Source: Octopus sinensis (lineage: Eukaryota). From it: a stretch of 64,000 nt of DNA. Where the stretch lies: positions 52,762,001 to 52,826,000 of the forward strand of contig NC_043015.1 of assembly GCF_006345805.1 (NCBI RefSeq), in the 5' to 3' direction. Positions 12,946-26,660 of the stretch are shown in pieces (within the stretch, counting starts at the first letter, position 1; every line of letters begins with the position of its first letter). The position numbers were made by a program, and so were the translations under genes. The notes beneath the pieces were generated by a model. The model made no database searches and had not been told where the DNA came from. It was given only the letters and a program-made list of their open reading frames with translations.

Positions 12946-15163
12946 CATATACATGCATACACACATGTACATCTGCATACATACATGGATTATATGAATA
13001 CATATATGCGTATCCGTACGCATACATGCACATAACCAGTCACAAACATATTTGTATATACTCATATACATACACACATTATTGTGCTAGGAAATCAACT
13101 GCCCTTCCATGTTCACAAGTATCCATCAATGGGTGATGGACGGTCAATATCCTTGATTTGAGGAATAGGAGAATGAAAGAGAGAGGTGGGGATCGGGACG
13201 TGGGTTTGCTGTACAGTTGATACTTTTCTCCAGAGAATTACTGGTATGTATGTGAAAGTAAAATAACTCCAATTGAGAATTGAACCTGAAAACTGTAAAC
13301 TCCAATCACCAAGAGAGAGACTTGGTTTCTTTTACTGACATCTGCCCGCAATCTAACGAGCATGCCTCGACATGGATGCTTGACCTGTTAGAAATAGCAA
13401 CCAAATTTTCCAAAAAATTTATATAACGGGCAGTCTTCGGGGAAAAAAGAGCAAGGTTAATGTCATATCAACAGGGTGGTCATGGATGAAATGCTTTTTA
13501 AAAAGATACAGAGCTGACCTTGAGACTAAGCAACATACTATATAATCTCTGTCTGTCTCTCTTCCTTTCTCGCTCTTTAATCTATCTATCTTTCTACTTT
13601 GTGTCAAGCCGAGAGAAAGATAGGGTAATAGTTGAAGCGTTAGAAAGGGAGAAAAAGGAAGAGAAGGAGTTAATCAATTTGCTAGAATTAGAAGGGGGTA
13701 GAAGAGAGAGAGTGGTAATAAGGAAATGTTGTGAGAGAGGAGAGAGGGGGAGCAGAGAGAAATTGTACGTCAACTTGCTAGAGTTAGACGGGATAACAGA
13801 AGAGGAGAGCGAAAAAGAGGAGGGAAACTGATAGAGAGAGCAAGAGAGAGAGTAATGTCAACTCGCTCAGATAAAGGGTAATCCGAATCAAATATGAGAG
13901 AGAAGGAGCTGATAAAAAGCTGGGGAGATACGATGACGTTGAGAGGGAAGATATCTTGAAAGAGGAAGAGAGGCGGAGAGAGATAGAGAGTAATTAGAGG
14001 GCTGGAGAGAGAGAGAGAGACATTCAGGGAGCAAAAGATAGAGACGAGAGAGGGAGAGAGGAAGATAGAGAGAAATTGGAGGGCTAGAGAGAGACATTCA
14101 GAGAACAAAAGATAGAGACATAGACTAGAGAGGAGAGAGAGACAGAAAGATAGAGAGAAATTGGAGGGCTAGAGACGGACAGTCAGAGAGTAAAAGATAG
14201 CGAGACAGATGAGAGAGAGGGGGAGAGAAAGAGAGCCTGAGAGAGGGAAAGATAGTAAGAAACAGCAGGAACGAGAGAAATACTCAGAGAGCAAAGTATA
14301 GAGAGACTAGACAGGGAGATAGAGAGTGAGAGAAAGAGAGAGAATGTATGTGTGTGTGATGATGATGATGAGAGAGAAATTTCAAAACCAGAAAAGAAGA
14401 GGTTGCGATAAGCTGTGACAATCGCATACAGAAAACATCACGCACAGACACATACATTGATAAAAGAAATGATACAGTTGGTCTCTCTCTCTCTCTCTCC
14501 ACTTCAATAACCACCACCGTTATCAAACAACACTAACAACACTATCACCGCCGCCGCTACCACCAGAGGCTTGGAACACTGGTTTCCATAGAAACATTTC
14601 AAATGGTTAATGTCAATAAGACGATATAATTCCACCATCACCATCACCACCAACATGACAGCAACACTGGTAGCCACACCACTCACTATCAAACACCAAT
14701 ACTACCATTAGAGACAGCGCAACCACCATCACCCATACCGTTCAATGTCACAGTACCACCAATACTACTAGCTATACCACTATCTCTACTACCATCCGCA
14801 GCAAGGCTGGACTAAATTAGAAGAAAAAGTACTAAGGTAAAAAAAAATAATAAAAATGTATATAAAAAGAGAAAAAAAACAATGAATTTTCAACCAATCA
14901 ACACTGGACTACTATTACTGCCACTACGGCGAGGTCCCTTCCTCCTACCACTACCCACACACTGTTCCTTCTGGACACAATGGGACTACTGTTAATACAT
15001 ACACACACATACATTATGTGTATACACACACACACAAACATCCACATATACACCCTCATACATGGGCGTATTATATATATATATATATATATATTTAAAA
15101 ATATATTCCACATATGTGCACATAGATTTGTGCTTGAGTGTATGTATGTATACACACACACGC

Positions 15164-15194
<31 letters not shown>

Positions 15195-15891
15195 CATACA
15201 TACAGAGATACACACACATATATATATACACACATATGTATATAGATATATATACAGATACACACGTATATATATATATACATACATACAGACACAGGGT
15301 TATACGCATATGTATATATACATACATACATACATACATACAAATATACACACACACACATATATACATACATTATATATACATGCATACACACATATAT
15401 ACAAACATACACACACATACATGCTCTCTATATATGCATTCATATATGTGTATATTACATGCATACACACATATATACAAACGCATACATGCTCTCTATA
15501 TATATACACATTCATATATGTATATATATATATACACAGAGAAAGTGAGACTTGTTCCAATGTGAACGAATGTGTGAGAGTAATAACAACAACAACAAGG
15601 CAAGTGTGCGCGCATGTGAGTGCGTATGCATTGTTTGGTGGTGGTGGTCATGTCCTGGCAGGAAAGGGGGGAGACCAAGAGAACAACAACAACAACAGAT
15701 AAGCTGCTAGAGAGGCGGAATGCTAATCATCTAATTTAGGCTGTTGTGTGAGGAAGTTGGGGCGGGGGTATTGTATTCACCCACGACCACCACCTCGGCT
15801 ATAGGAAAAAAGTGTGGGATTGTGCAATGGTTTTTGGCTGTATTTTTGGTTCGATCGTATTTTTTAATTAGTTATTTTTTATATTTAGTTA

Positions 15892-15964
15892 TTTATTTTT
15901 TAAAGTTTATTTTGGTCTTTTGTGAAAAGAGAAGTCCTTTATTTATATATAAATTTCCTTTATT
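15892..15964 (-). terminator. Cluster of candidate AATAAA polyadenylation signals for the neuropeptide gene
   Basis: Four TTTATT hexamers on + (15892, 15906, 15938, 15959), 310-380 nt downstream of the stop codon. The region is AT-rich, so chance matches are possible. Confidence 0.3.
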
Positions 15965-16272
15965 TTTCTTCATTTTTTTAAATTTTTATCCGTCTTGTTT
16001 TTTTCTCTCAGCCATTCAGAAGCTACTCCCCCTCTCTCTGCCTTACATTCCTCTCCATCTCCTCTCTCACAAAGTTCCTCTTCCTCACCTCACGTTCTCT
16101 CACCCTCTCTCTCATACATCTTACTTTCCTACTCCCTCTCTATGTACTCTCACGTTACGACCCCTTTCTTTTTCACACTCCTCTTATGCTCGTCCCGCTC
16201 TCTGATTCCCATTCACATTCCCCCTACTCTCTCTCTCTCTCTCACTGTGTCTTAGTCACTCCATCTCCCCAC

Positions 16273-16336
16273 TTATTCACAGTCGGACACTGCCGATAGA
16301 GAGCAGGCAGAGGCAGACCGGCCGAAACGCAAGTCA
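16273..16336 (-). CDS. Terminal coding exon 3 of candidate RFamide precursor (DLRF-G-R amidation/cleavage site, C-terminal peptide, stop)
   Basis: Long pyrimidine tract ending cctacag|, then t+DLRFGRSASACSLSAVSDCE-TAA (64 nt). The 210-nt GT-AG intron 16337-16546 joins it in frame to exon 2, giving ...SRWRDLRFGR. Confidence 0.72.
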
Positions 16337-16546
16337 CTGTAGGACAGACAGGAGTTGGGATAATAGACAGAGACAGAGAAAGAGAGAGACTGACAAACAG
16401 AGAGAGGGGGACAGAGACACAGACAGAGGAAGAGCAAGGGGCAGTAGGACACGCACACTCTCTCTCCTCCTTAATCTCTAGCTTCCCCACCAAACTCCTC
16501 TCCCCGCAACTTCCACTGCTTACTGTACTTTCCCCCTCGCCCTTAC

Positions 16547-16624
16547 CGCCATCGGCTCCCTCCCTCTGCAGGTTTTGTTGTTGCTGCAGAGAAAGGAAGA
16601 GTCCATAATAAATTGTTGTCCCAC
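16547..16624 (-). CDS. Coding exon 2 of candidate RFamide precursor
   Basis: 78 nt, phase 2 to phase 2: g+WDNNLLWTLPFSAATTKPAEGGSRW+cg. Branch-like gactcac, an AG-free pyrimidine tract and ttgacag| acceptor precede it; donor is |gtaagg. Phase matches both neighbouring exons. Confidence 0.72.
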
Positions 16625-17264
16625 CTGTCAATAGACAACAAAGACGGAGAGAGGGGGGTGAGTCTATTGGGGCAGAAGCAGGAGATGAGACGGGGGATGG
16701 GGGAGATTTTGCTGGAGGTGGAAGCGGCGGAGGCAGCGGTGAAGGAAGAGGAACGGGGCAACTGAAAGTAGATGGATTTGATAGAAACAGTAGGGTGTGT
16801 ATGTATGTATATATGTATGTATATATAAATCGTGAGCTAGATAAGATAGGTATGTATATATGTGTGCATACAGACATACACACACGCGGGTACTGGGGTC
16901 TATTTGTTATAACCAAACTATTCAAAGCGGTGCCCCAGCATAGCCGCAGTCCAATGACTTGAAACAAGATATGTATCTATATCATATGTGCGTATATATA
17001 CTATATTTATATATATATATATATTAAATTAGAGATAAAACCACTATTAGGCAAATCAAACACACACATGTATATATTTGACTGCGGCCATGCTGGAGCA
17101 CACGCCTTTAGTCGAGCAAATCGACCCAGGATATTCTTTGTAAGCCCAGTACTTATTCTATCGGTCCCCTTTGCCGAACCGCTATTATTATATATCAAAT
17201 ATATGTATATATATATAATATATATTAATGAAAACAGTTCTAGTCCTGTAGAAGCTCCTTCTAA

Positions 17265-17351
<87 letters not shown>

Positions 17352-17840
17352 CAGAGCGAGGAGACTTATGCAGGACAGAGGAATAATCCATAGCCGGATG
17401 AACAGATCGAAGTTGGATAAATAGCTAAGTAACAATCCAAAGGATCCATTTAAGAACTAGCTAAATAGCCTGGCTTTAAACTATCTTACTTCGTCGGCTG
17501 CATAGCAAACAATCGAGGCTAAACCTTGCCAGCGCTACCCTCCTGTCTGGACGGAGTCTTTTTCGCTTCCATTTTTTCTTCTTTCTTTTTTCTTTCCATT
17601 TAACCTGGTAGTAATAATTATTAAAACCCATGGTTGCATAAGTAATTGAATAAATGGAAATTCACAGAAACTATGTCGGCTGCTTTGTGCATCAAGTGTT
17701 TGGAAAGGTTTCACATACTAAGTTATTATTACAACAGTAGTTGGTTAAGGGTTGGGCTAGAGTCACGTTTGTTTTATTTATTTATTTATTGTTGTTGTTG
17801 CTTCTTTTCTTTTTTCATATTGTTTGTGTTATTGGTTATA

Positions 17841-18073
17841 CTCTCTTTTACTTGTTTCAGTCATTTGACTGTGGCCATGCTGGAGCACCACAATTTTTAG
17901 TCGAGCAAATCGACCCCAGGACTTATTCTTTGTAAGCCTAGTACTTGTTCTATCGGTCTCTTTTGCCGAATCGCTAAGTTACGGGGACGTAAACACACCA
18001 GCATCGGTCGGTTGTCAAGCGATGTTGGGGGGGGGACAAACACAGACCAAACATATACCACCCACACACACAC

Positions 18074-18162
<89 letters not shown>

Positions 18163-18327
18163 CGACGGGCTTCTTTCAGTTTCCGTCTACCAAATCCACT
18201 CACAAGGCTTTGGTCGGGCCGAGGCATAGTAGAAGACACTTGCCTAAGGTGCCACGCAGTGGGACTGAACCCGGAACCATGTGGTTCGTAAGCAAGCTAC
18301 TTACTACATAGCCACTCCTACGCCTAT
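17841..18327 (-). mobile_element. SINE family A, full length with long internal (TA)n
   Basis: Complete head, CORE-like box, microsatellite and tail on minus strand, inside intron 1 of the candidate gene. Confidence 0.9.
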
Positions 18328-18469
18328 GTGTCTGATTTGTAAAGAAGAGTCGAAGTTTGTACAGAATAAATGATGTCTTGGACAATATCCTTACATTTGT
18401 GAGGTGGTGGAGAGGAGAAAGGATAAACAAAACTGCATGATATAACAGTAATAATCCTTTCTTCTATAG

Positions 18470-19030
18470 GAACAAGGCTTGGAATTTGAGGGGAGAGAGG
18501 ATGGTCGATTACATAGACCCCAATGTTCAACTTGTACTTATTTCATCGACCCCCGAAAGGATGAAAGATAACGTCGACCTCGGCGGAATTTGAACTCAGA
18601 ACGTAAAGACGGACGAAATGCCGCTAAACATTTTGCCCATTATAATAATGATTTCAAATCTTGGTACAAGACCAGCAATTCCAGGGGAAAGGCTAAGTCG
18701 GTTATACTGACCCCCAGTGCTCAACTGGTACTTATTTTAGCGATTCCATAAGGATGAAAAGCAAAGTCGACCTCGGCGGAATTCGAACTCAGAACGAAAT
18801 GTTGCCAAGCGTTTTGTCTGGCGTGCTAACGATTCTGCCAGCTGCCTTAATAACACCAATAACCATAATAAGCACGAGGCTTGGAATTCGTATTTTATGG
18901 ACCCCGAAAGAATGAAATGGTAAAGTTGATCTTGTAGTTATTTGAACTCAGAACGTAAAAGAGCCGGAAGAAACTACGCTAAACATTTTGTCTGACCTGC
19001 TTGACGATTCTGCCAACTCGTCGCCTTCAT
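18470..19030 (-). mobile_element. Cluster of three tandem SINE family B copies
   Basis: Repeated cgacctcggcggaatttgaactcagaacg...gattctgcca(a/g)ctcgccgcct units. Confidence 0.85.
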
Positions 19031-19049
19031 AACGATGTTGATGATAATT

Positions 19050-19830
19050 CTTATTTGTCACAGGGACATCGGATGAGGTGGGGGTGGGCTCTAGAAGGGC
19101 AGTTTAGAATTCGTGACGGAGGGTTTACACCGAAAGCCGAAGAGAAAAACGGGAGAGACGGAAAATTATGAAAATACCGTACAAAGTACACAAAATATGT
19201 GACCACATGAATGATGCAGTCATGGTAGAGGAAAGTCTTCAAATAACCAATCAAGGAACCCTACGTACATATCGAAGCAGTCCCGTCTTAAAGCCTTAAA
19301 GCATGAACACAATGAGAAATTAGCGGGGAGAAGAGGGCACACGGATCTCGTGGACCAATTCTGATTTTTGTACGTTGTGCCTTGTTGTTGCTGTCAAATA
19401 AATACTATAGGGTCTCTGGCATTGTCCAGAGGCCCAAAATTCGGCCAAAACAACCCTGTATCCAAAATCACCCTGACCACGAGGGGCACAAGCCCTCGTT
19501 CAACTCTTGTTCTCCAATCTACAGGCGCATAATTAGAATAGTTCCATTCATCCTATTTCTTTCAGTCACCTACCAAACTTTGAACAAATTCGCCAGAGGC
19601 GGGCAGTTTATTCTCCACCTTCACTTACCTTTTCCAAGTGGAACTTGGAAAAAGTTGATGAGAGCTTGACCGAAGAAGATTCCGGTCTTCAGCTCCCTCG
19701 GTTTCGTCCACAACAGAGACATTTTTTAAAAAAGTTTTCTAACGTAAAGCACATACAAGAAGACAGATTTATACGGAGAAGGGGACACCAGACGACTAAA
19801 TTCAACACAAGTATTTCACTGATAACTCAA
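19050..19830 (-). mobile_element. 3' fragment of a Tx1-like (L1-clade) non-LTR retrotransposon
   Basis: Colinear and homologous with 32330-32780 (e.g. tttccaagtggaacttggaaaaagttgatgagagctt versus tttccaagtgaaacttggaaaagtcgacgagggctt; shared 3' end tgccc...gacaaataa). Confidence 0.7.
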
Positions 19831-20222
19831 CAATAATCATTTGTTTATCTGTTTCATTAACTTGAGTCAATGTACTGCGGCCATGCTGGAGCACCGCTTC
19901 GAGTTCAGAAGAGAAATTGTTTAAAAAAAAACAAAAAACAAAGAAAAAACTCGGAATGTGATATGAGTTGAGGGGGGTTGAAAGACAGACAGACAGAGAA
20001 GCGTGAAAGCAAGAATAAAATGAAAGACGCAGAGGAAAAGTGTAGGTGGACTTCGGTTTGAATTCCTAAACTTCCAAACCTTAAATAGGAATTAAGACGG
20101 CCTTTGTTGTTTCTTCCTTCCTTTTTTTTTTTTTTTTAAGCCAGACCAGAGAGGAAGATTGTGTGGAGGGAAAAAAACCAAGAATGGAAGAAAAAAAGCA
20201 AACAAACAAAAACATTAAGCTG

Positions 20223-20322
20223 NNNNNNNNNNNNNNNNNNNNNNNNNNNNNNNNNNNNNNNNNNNNNNNNNNNNNNNNNNNNNNNNNNNNNNNNNNNNNN
20301 NNNNNNNNNNNNNNNNNNNNNN
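20223..20322. other. Assembly gap (100 N)
   Basis: Exactly 100 N, typical of a scaffold join of unknown size. Confidence 0.98.
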
Positions 20323-20503
20323 TATTGTTGCATACGCTTAACAACGCAACTAGTGTGTGGAGAAGATATTAATAAAAGGACGTTGTCACATAGATTAGAG
20401 AAAGAGAGAGATAGAGAGAGCGAGAAATAGACAGATAGACAGAGAGAGAAAAATAGAGAGATATATAGAGAGATAGACAAGTAGAGAGCGATAGACAGCG
20501 AGA

Positions 20504-20591
<88 letters not shown>

Positions 20592-21038
20592 GGATAGACA
20601 AACAGAGAGATAGATGGATAGATAGACAGAGATAGATATAGAGAGATAGACAGATAGCAATATATATAGAGAGAGATATAGACAGAGGGATGGAGAAACA
20701 TGGGCGTCTAAACACATTACATACATACCAGCTAACACACACACACATATATATATAAATTTATAGTCAAATCTGCTAAAACCAACGTATTGAGTCCTTT
20801 ATATCAGTTTTTACACAGATAAAACTATTATAGCGATGTGTGTCTGTGTGTGCGTGTTTATGTACAAGAACATAATAGACAAGTGTCATTTTACAGACAA
20901 ATGAAAACTTATAACACAGGAACACACACACACGCGCTTACTCACACTTCCTACATAGACATGAAACGTCCCACAACTATAGCTTAACAATTAAACATTA
21001 TATATTCGGAAACTATAGGAAACATCACGAACACATGC

Positions 21039-21087
<49 letters not shown>

Positions 21088-22608
21088 GTGTCTACAGATA
21101 CAAATGATTGAATAATTTAAAGAGAGTACAGTCAGGGCGTAATTAATATTAATAAACCTTATTATAACAACAAAACCGCGCACTTACAACACACACGCAC
21201 TTGCTCAGAATTTCCCCCTATTTCTCACGAATCTCTCGTTTCAACAACAGTTATTACGCGAGAACGTGAGTCTTCGCGCGCGTGTATGCATGTATGAATG
21301 AGTATGTATATATGTGTGTGTGTGTGCATGTATGTATGTGTGTGTGGTGTGTGTGGATGCAAATAACTCAACATGTATGACTTTTGGGGCACCGCAGATT
21401 ATGTTCTGTAAGTAGATTTAAACAATGAAAAAAAAAAAAGGAAATAGATTTATATATCTATCTTTCTATATGATCGCCGGCTGCTACACGCCGCTTCTTG
21501 CAGTCTGTTCGGAAATGCATTAGCACATCTTTTTACATCGTCCGGATTGTGTGTGTGTGTGTGTTGCAAAGGAAAACCTCCGAGTTGCTATAGAGGGTAG
21601 CCTAGGCTTCCCATAATCTACAGTTAGTAGTGTATGTTTAATCCGTTTTTTCCCCGTGTGTATGTCTATGTAATGTGTGTTTAGACACTCACTCACACAC
21701 ACATTTATATAAACATAGATATATATATATGCACACCACACACACATACATACATGGAAACACACAGACATACACATACAAGCAAACACACAGACACACA
21801 TAACGTCGGTTTTCCGAGCTGTTGCGCGATAGCGCCCAGCACCGGAATAAAATGGTTTTCTCGTCAGTCCAGCCTCCACTTGGTTTTCCCGTTATTCCCT
21901 TCCACAGAAAGAATCCCAATTGTGGTGACCCCCTACTTGTGGAAACTGTCTTTACAGATGTTTATGACCTGACAGAGACAGACACACACACATGTATATA
22001 CATTCTTATACACACATGACTAGTTTTGCCACACAATTTACGGCGAAGTTTCGTATGTTACAATTAATTGCCAATATTGAACGGCTGTCGAGACTTCATA
22101 AAAGGCCAAGATGGTCTGGACGGAGTCAGAAAATAGCTGTAGCGGTGTTCATGCCTTGTCCATGGACAATAAATGAAATATTTATCAATGAGGAAAGCAA
22201 AATTGAAACAGATTCTCAGCTAATTCGTCAAAAAGTTTTATACAATACTCGCTTTTATATGCCGGTGTGTATATGTGTGTGTGTGTGTGTAAGGTACTCT
22301 GTTCTATATATCTGGTACTAAAAGGCCCCCGATGTTCAAAATGATAATGATGATGGTGGTGGTGGTGAGTTATTTTTATTTTAATGAAATTGAAGAATAA
22401 TTTTTTAATTAAAGCAATTTCTCTGTTTGTACAGAACCCCCTCCCATCCACACACACGTGTATATATATATATTTCTATGATGTATAAGAATGATCTATA
22501 TATCCATATCTATCTCTATGATGTAGTCACACACACATAGATAGATAGATAGATAGATAGAATATTAAATACACAAATATATTACACATTTTGTCTAGAC
22601 AACGCGTG

Positions 22609-22639
<31 letters not shown>

Positions 22640-25384
22640 GCACAGCATTCAATAGGTAGTAATTTAAAGCTAAATGCAGGTACCATATATATCATCATAC
22701 ACACACACCACACTTATACACATACGACTATATAATTATAACAACCGCCTCACCGAAGACTAGGTTTTGGGGATTCGCTTAATACTGCATTCCTTACAAC
22801 AGTTACGTTTTTAATTTTCAAAGCCTTCGACAAAAGCGAAACCTCTCAGAATTTCAAATTCTTCATATTTTAAACCCGTCAGACGACAATATATACATAT
22901 AATTAGACACACATTAATTGGAGATTTCCTATTAAATGAGATATGCACAAAAGTTAATTGTTGCTCTACCCACCCTAGTCAGCTCTGATCCAAAAGAACT
23001 ATGGTCAAAGACATTCCAATCTTGACCAACCTGCCTGGTTCCTTAGCCACTGAAAGAGTACATTATTCAATGTACCCGTTTCCTTTTCTTTTCCCCCCCT
23101 TTCTTTCCCTTTCTGCCTCAGACAGAAAGGATGTGGTTCAAGAAAGGGGTTTGGTTGCTTGCTTTTTCTAGCAAACTAACCGGCCGCCTAGAAGCTTCCG
23201 TTTCGGTTCGCATCGCTAATACCGTTTCTCTCTCTCACACACACATTTATGTTGGGAAGAAATCCAATAGGCACATACACATATACACACACACACACAT
23301 ACATGTGACCACAGAATATGGAACATTTTCAGAGACACACATAATTATATACACACCGCTGCATATTATATATTGCTTTATATAAACTCACCATACCACA
23401 CGCACACACTTACACACCGATGCGCGCTAGTCAACATACACATATTGGTGCGTTTGGAAAACACATACAACATATGTAAATGCACACACATATATTACAT
23501 ACATACACACACAATGTGTATATGGATTTGGAATTTAACTGTTCTGTCTAGCGTGCAAGGAGTCCTATGATGGATGCCTCTTATGTGTTTAAATGTACAC
23601 TGCATTTATACACACATACACAGGTGGATGAATATAGTTATGTATCCATTTGTAAGTTTATGAATTAAATTTAAACTCAGCCCTCTAGCAAGCTACATAT
23701 TTGTGTATATATGCGTGTATGTGTATAGATTTGTTGCAGGTATACATCTATGTCGGGTACATAGAAGCTCACAACCGAATGTTATACATTTATATCGGAG
23801 AACATAAATCAGGGTGGTTACCCACAGCCTATAAAGGAAGTAAAGATCATTTTTTATGGCATTCTTAGGAGCGGAAGGGCAGCTCTGGAATTTACTTTTT
23901 ATTTTTCCAGTCTGGTGGAAGGAAGGAAGAAAAAAGGGTGTTGGTGTCCCCACAATGAAGAGAAAGAGATATAGTCCCAAAGCTTTAAGATATAAGGGTG
24001 ACTGGGTCTCTGTCCTGTAGAGGAACCAACCCAAAGACCAAATGGCGAGGGCGATAGTTGTGGTCGTCGTTGATGGGTATTAAACCTAGAGGCAGAACAA
24101 ATATAAAGTCTGTAACACATCGTGTATAAATGGATGTGTGTGTGTACATGTGTGCGTATAATTTCCAGGGGTGCCAAGTTCCAAAAAAGCTATGTCCGAT
24201 GAGCCATAGGCGAAGCAAAATGTGGTCGGACTAACGATTCTGGATGATATACACATATGTGTGTCTGTGTGTGAGAGAGAGAGAGAGATGATGAAGATGA
24301 TGATGATGATGATGGTGGTGGTAAAAGAAAGATATGTATAGATTTACAGAAGCATTTCAAATACATGTTTCTGCATATATGTATGTGTACACACACGTGT
24401 GTATGTGTGTGTGTGTCCGCGCGCGTGCATTCACGAGTGTAATAGAATATATATATCCGTGTATGACGAGACAAAGCTATGTAATGCACACACACACACA
24501 CACATACATACATACATACACACACACACGAAGACCTAAAAGACCATATGGTTCATTCAAATCTGATTATACAAAAAAAAAAGAGAGAGAATAAGTTCTT
24601 TGTCAGGAGACTGGACAGAAAGGGTGAATGTGTGTGTGTGTGTTGTATAGAGGAAGGAATGAAACGAACGAACGTGAAAGGAGAAATAGAGAAAAATGAA
24701 GGAAGCAGAGAAAGAATTTGAAGCAAGGTACTAGAAAGAATGATAGAGAGAGCGAGGAAGAGAGAGGAGAGAGGAAGATGAAGGGAGGAGAGAGGAGGAA
24801 AAGTGGGAGTGAGAGAATGAATGAAAAAGACTGGGAGAGAGAGAGAGAAAGAATAAGAAACTTTAGAGAGAGAGAGAAGGAAGGAAGGAAGGAAATGAAA
24901 ATGGGGAAATTGAATAAAATGGAAATTTGGTAAGAAAAAATATGGGAAATATAGATGAGAGAGAGAAAAGAACGAAATAGATAAAGAGTGAGGGATAGAC
25001 AAAATGAAAGAAAAGTAAAGAGAGAGTGAGAGAATAATCAGAGAGAGAGAGACTATGGAATGAAGAGAGGGGTAGTGAAAGAACAAAAGAAAGAGGATAG
25101 AGATAGAATGAAGAAAACGGATGAGAAAGAGAAAAATTATGTAGACCGAATGAAATGTGAAAGAAAATGAAAGAACAGCATAATGAAGTAAAGAAAAAGA
25201 GAGACAGAAAGGCAGGCAGAGAGAGAGAGAGAGAGCTATGGATGAAGAAAGAGATGCGCATGTGGATAGGATAGACAGATCGACATATGGATAGTTATAA
25301 GGGCATGAGACGAGAGGTATAGACAAACAGATAGATGCAAAGAAAGATGGAGAGACGGAATGGATAAATGAGGGAGACGTATAT

Positions 25385-25710
25385 AGACGGACAGAGAGAT
25401 ATATTTGAGTAATAGAAAGACATATGGACAGATAAATTGGATGGGTTTGTATAAGGACAGATGGATGGATGGACAGATACGTATAAGGAAAAATATAGAC
25501 GGATAGATAGATAGATAGATATGAACACAGACTGATGGACAGAGAGACAGATATATTTGAGAAATAGAAAGACATATGGGCAGATAAATGGATTGGTTTG
25601 TATAAGGACAGATGGATGGATGGATGGACAGATACGTATAAGGAAAAATATAGACGGACGGATAAGATAGATATGAACACAGACTGATGGACAGAGAGAC
25701 AGATATAGAC
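25385..25710. repeat. ~152-bp tandem duplication within a purine-rich tract
   Basis: gatatatttgag...aaagacatatgg...gtataaggaaaaatatagacgg...tgaacacagactgatgg occurs at 25398 and 25550. Confidence 0.85.
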
Positions 25711-26660
25711 AGGATTATGAACTAAATATGTAGACAAATGGAATAGATATAAGGCAGATAAAGATGCTTGGATAGACAGACAGGCACAGATATTGATATA
25801 GACAGAAGGACGGACAGACAGATGAAGAATTAAAGTGAAAAGATGTGTTAAGTTGAGAATTCCTTCGTTTATAGATTCCGGTTTAGCTTAATGATGCCTC
25901 TTGGAGATATCTTCAGAGTCGAAACGATTTTTTAAAATAGACTCTGTTCTTTTGGTTCTACACACACAATATATCCGAAAGAAGAAACATTATATATACA
26001 CCTATGTATTGTGCGATGTGCGTATAAATGGATGGAACTGAACCCAAGTCTGTAACTGGTATATTTCTAACAACGCCGCAAAGCATTTTTTTCTCTTTTA
26101 TGCAGATGCACAATCGTCTGTCTAATAATTATAATAATTCTTTCCGATTTTTCGACACAACACGCCACCAATTCTGTGGGAAGGGTTCTCGATCAAAAAC
26201 GATACTTATTTTATCGACCCTGAAGTAATGATAGACAAAATCGACCTCACCGAATAAAAATAATAATAATTTTAAGCATGAGATTACAAGGCTGGTACGA
26301 TACAGAATTTAAATATTCCAGAAGGATTAGAGATAAAAAATATTTAAAAAACCCTACTCGGCATGATTTGAACTCAGAACGTAAAGCAAAGTTAGATACC
26401 GCAAAAACTTATCCGTAGCTCTGGAGAATAAGTTTTTGGTTCGGTTCTTTTTTTTTTTTTTGCCAACATGATAAATATAAAGGACTTTTTAAGCCCCCAA
26501 ATGTTAGAGGGATTTTTTTTTTTTTGCTCCGTCGCAGTAATTAGATTTTCAGTCGTTGAAATAATTAATAAACTGATAAATTCCACGGTAGGCCACTTCG
26601 AATAACATAATCAGAAAATTTAATAATGGGTGTATGTTTTATTCAAACAGTGAGTCCGAC

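Noticed and set aside
14898-15702. Long ORFs rich in Y/I/H/T or V/C/M (also 7271-7784, 50058-50818, 51514-53125)
   Set aside because: Translations of (TA)n/(CA)n/(TACA)n satellites, which lack stop codons by composition.
16242-16967. 241-aa single-exon minus ORF
   Set aside because: Starts in a SINE tail, runs through microsatellites, and crosses the candidate exons in a different frame; the spliced model explains the unique segments better.
17539-17604. Open phase 2-2 segment in intron 1 (LNGKKKERRKNGSEKDSVQTGG) as an extra exon
   Set aside because: Weak acceptor, non-consensus donor (gtagcg) and low-complexity content.
24553-25737. 394-aa and other F/L/S-rich 'membrane-like' ORFs (also 54169-55161, 55194-55892)
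   Set aside because: Reverse translation of GA-rich low-complexity DNA; no domain-like content.
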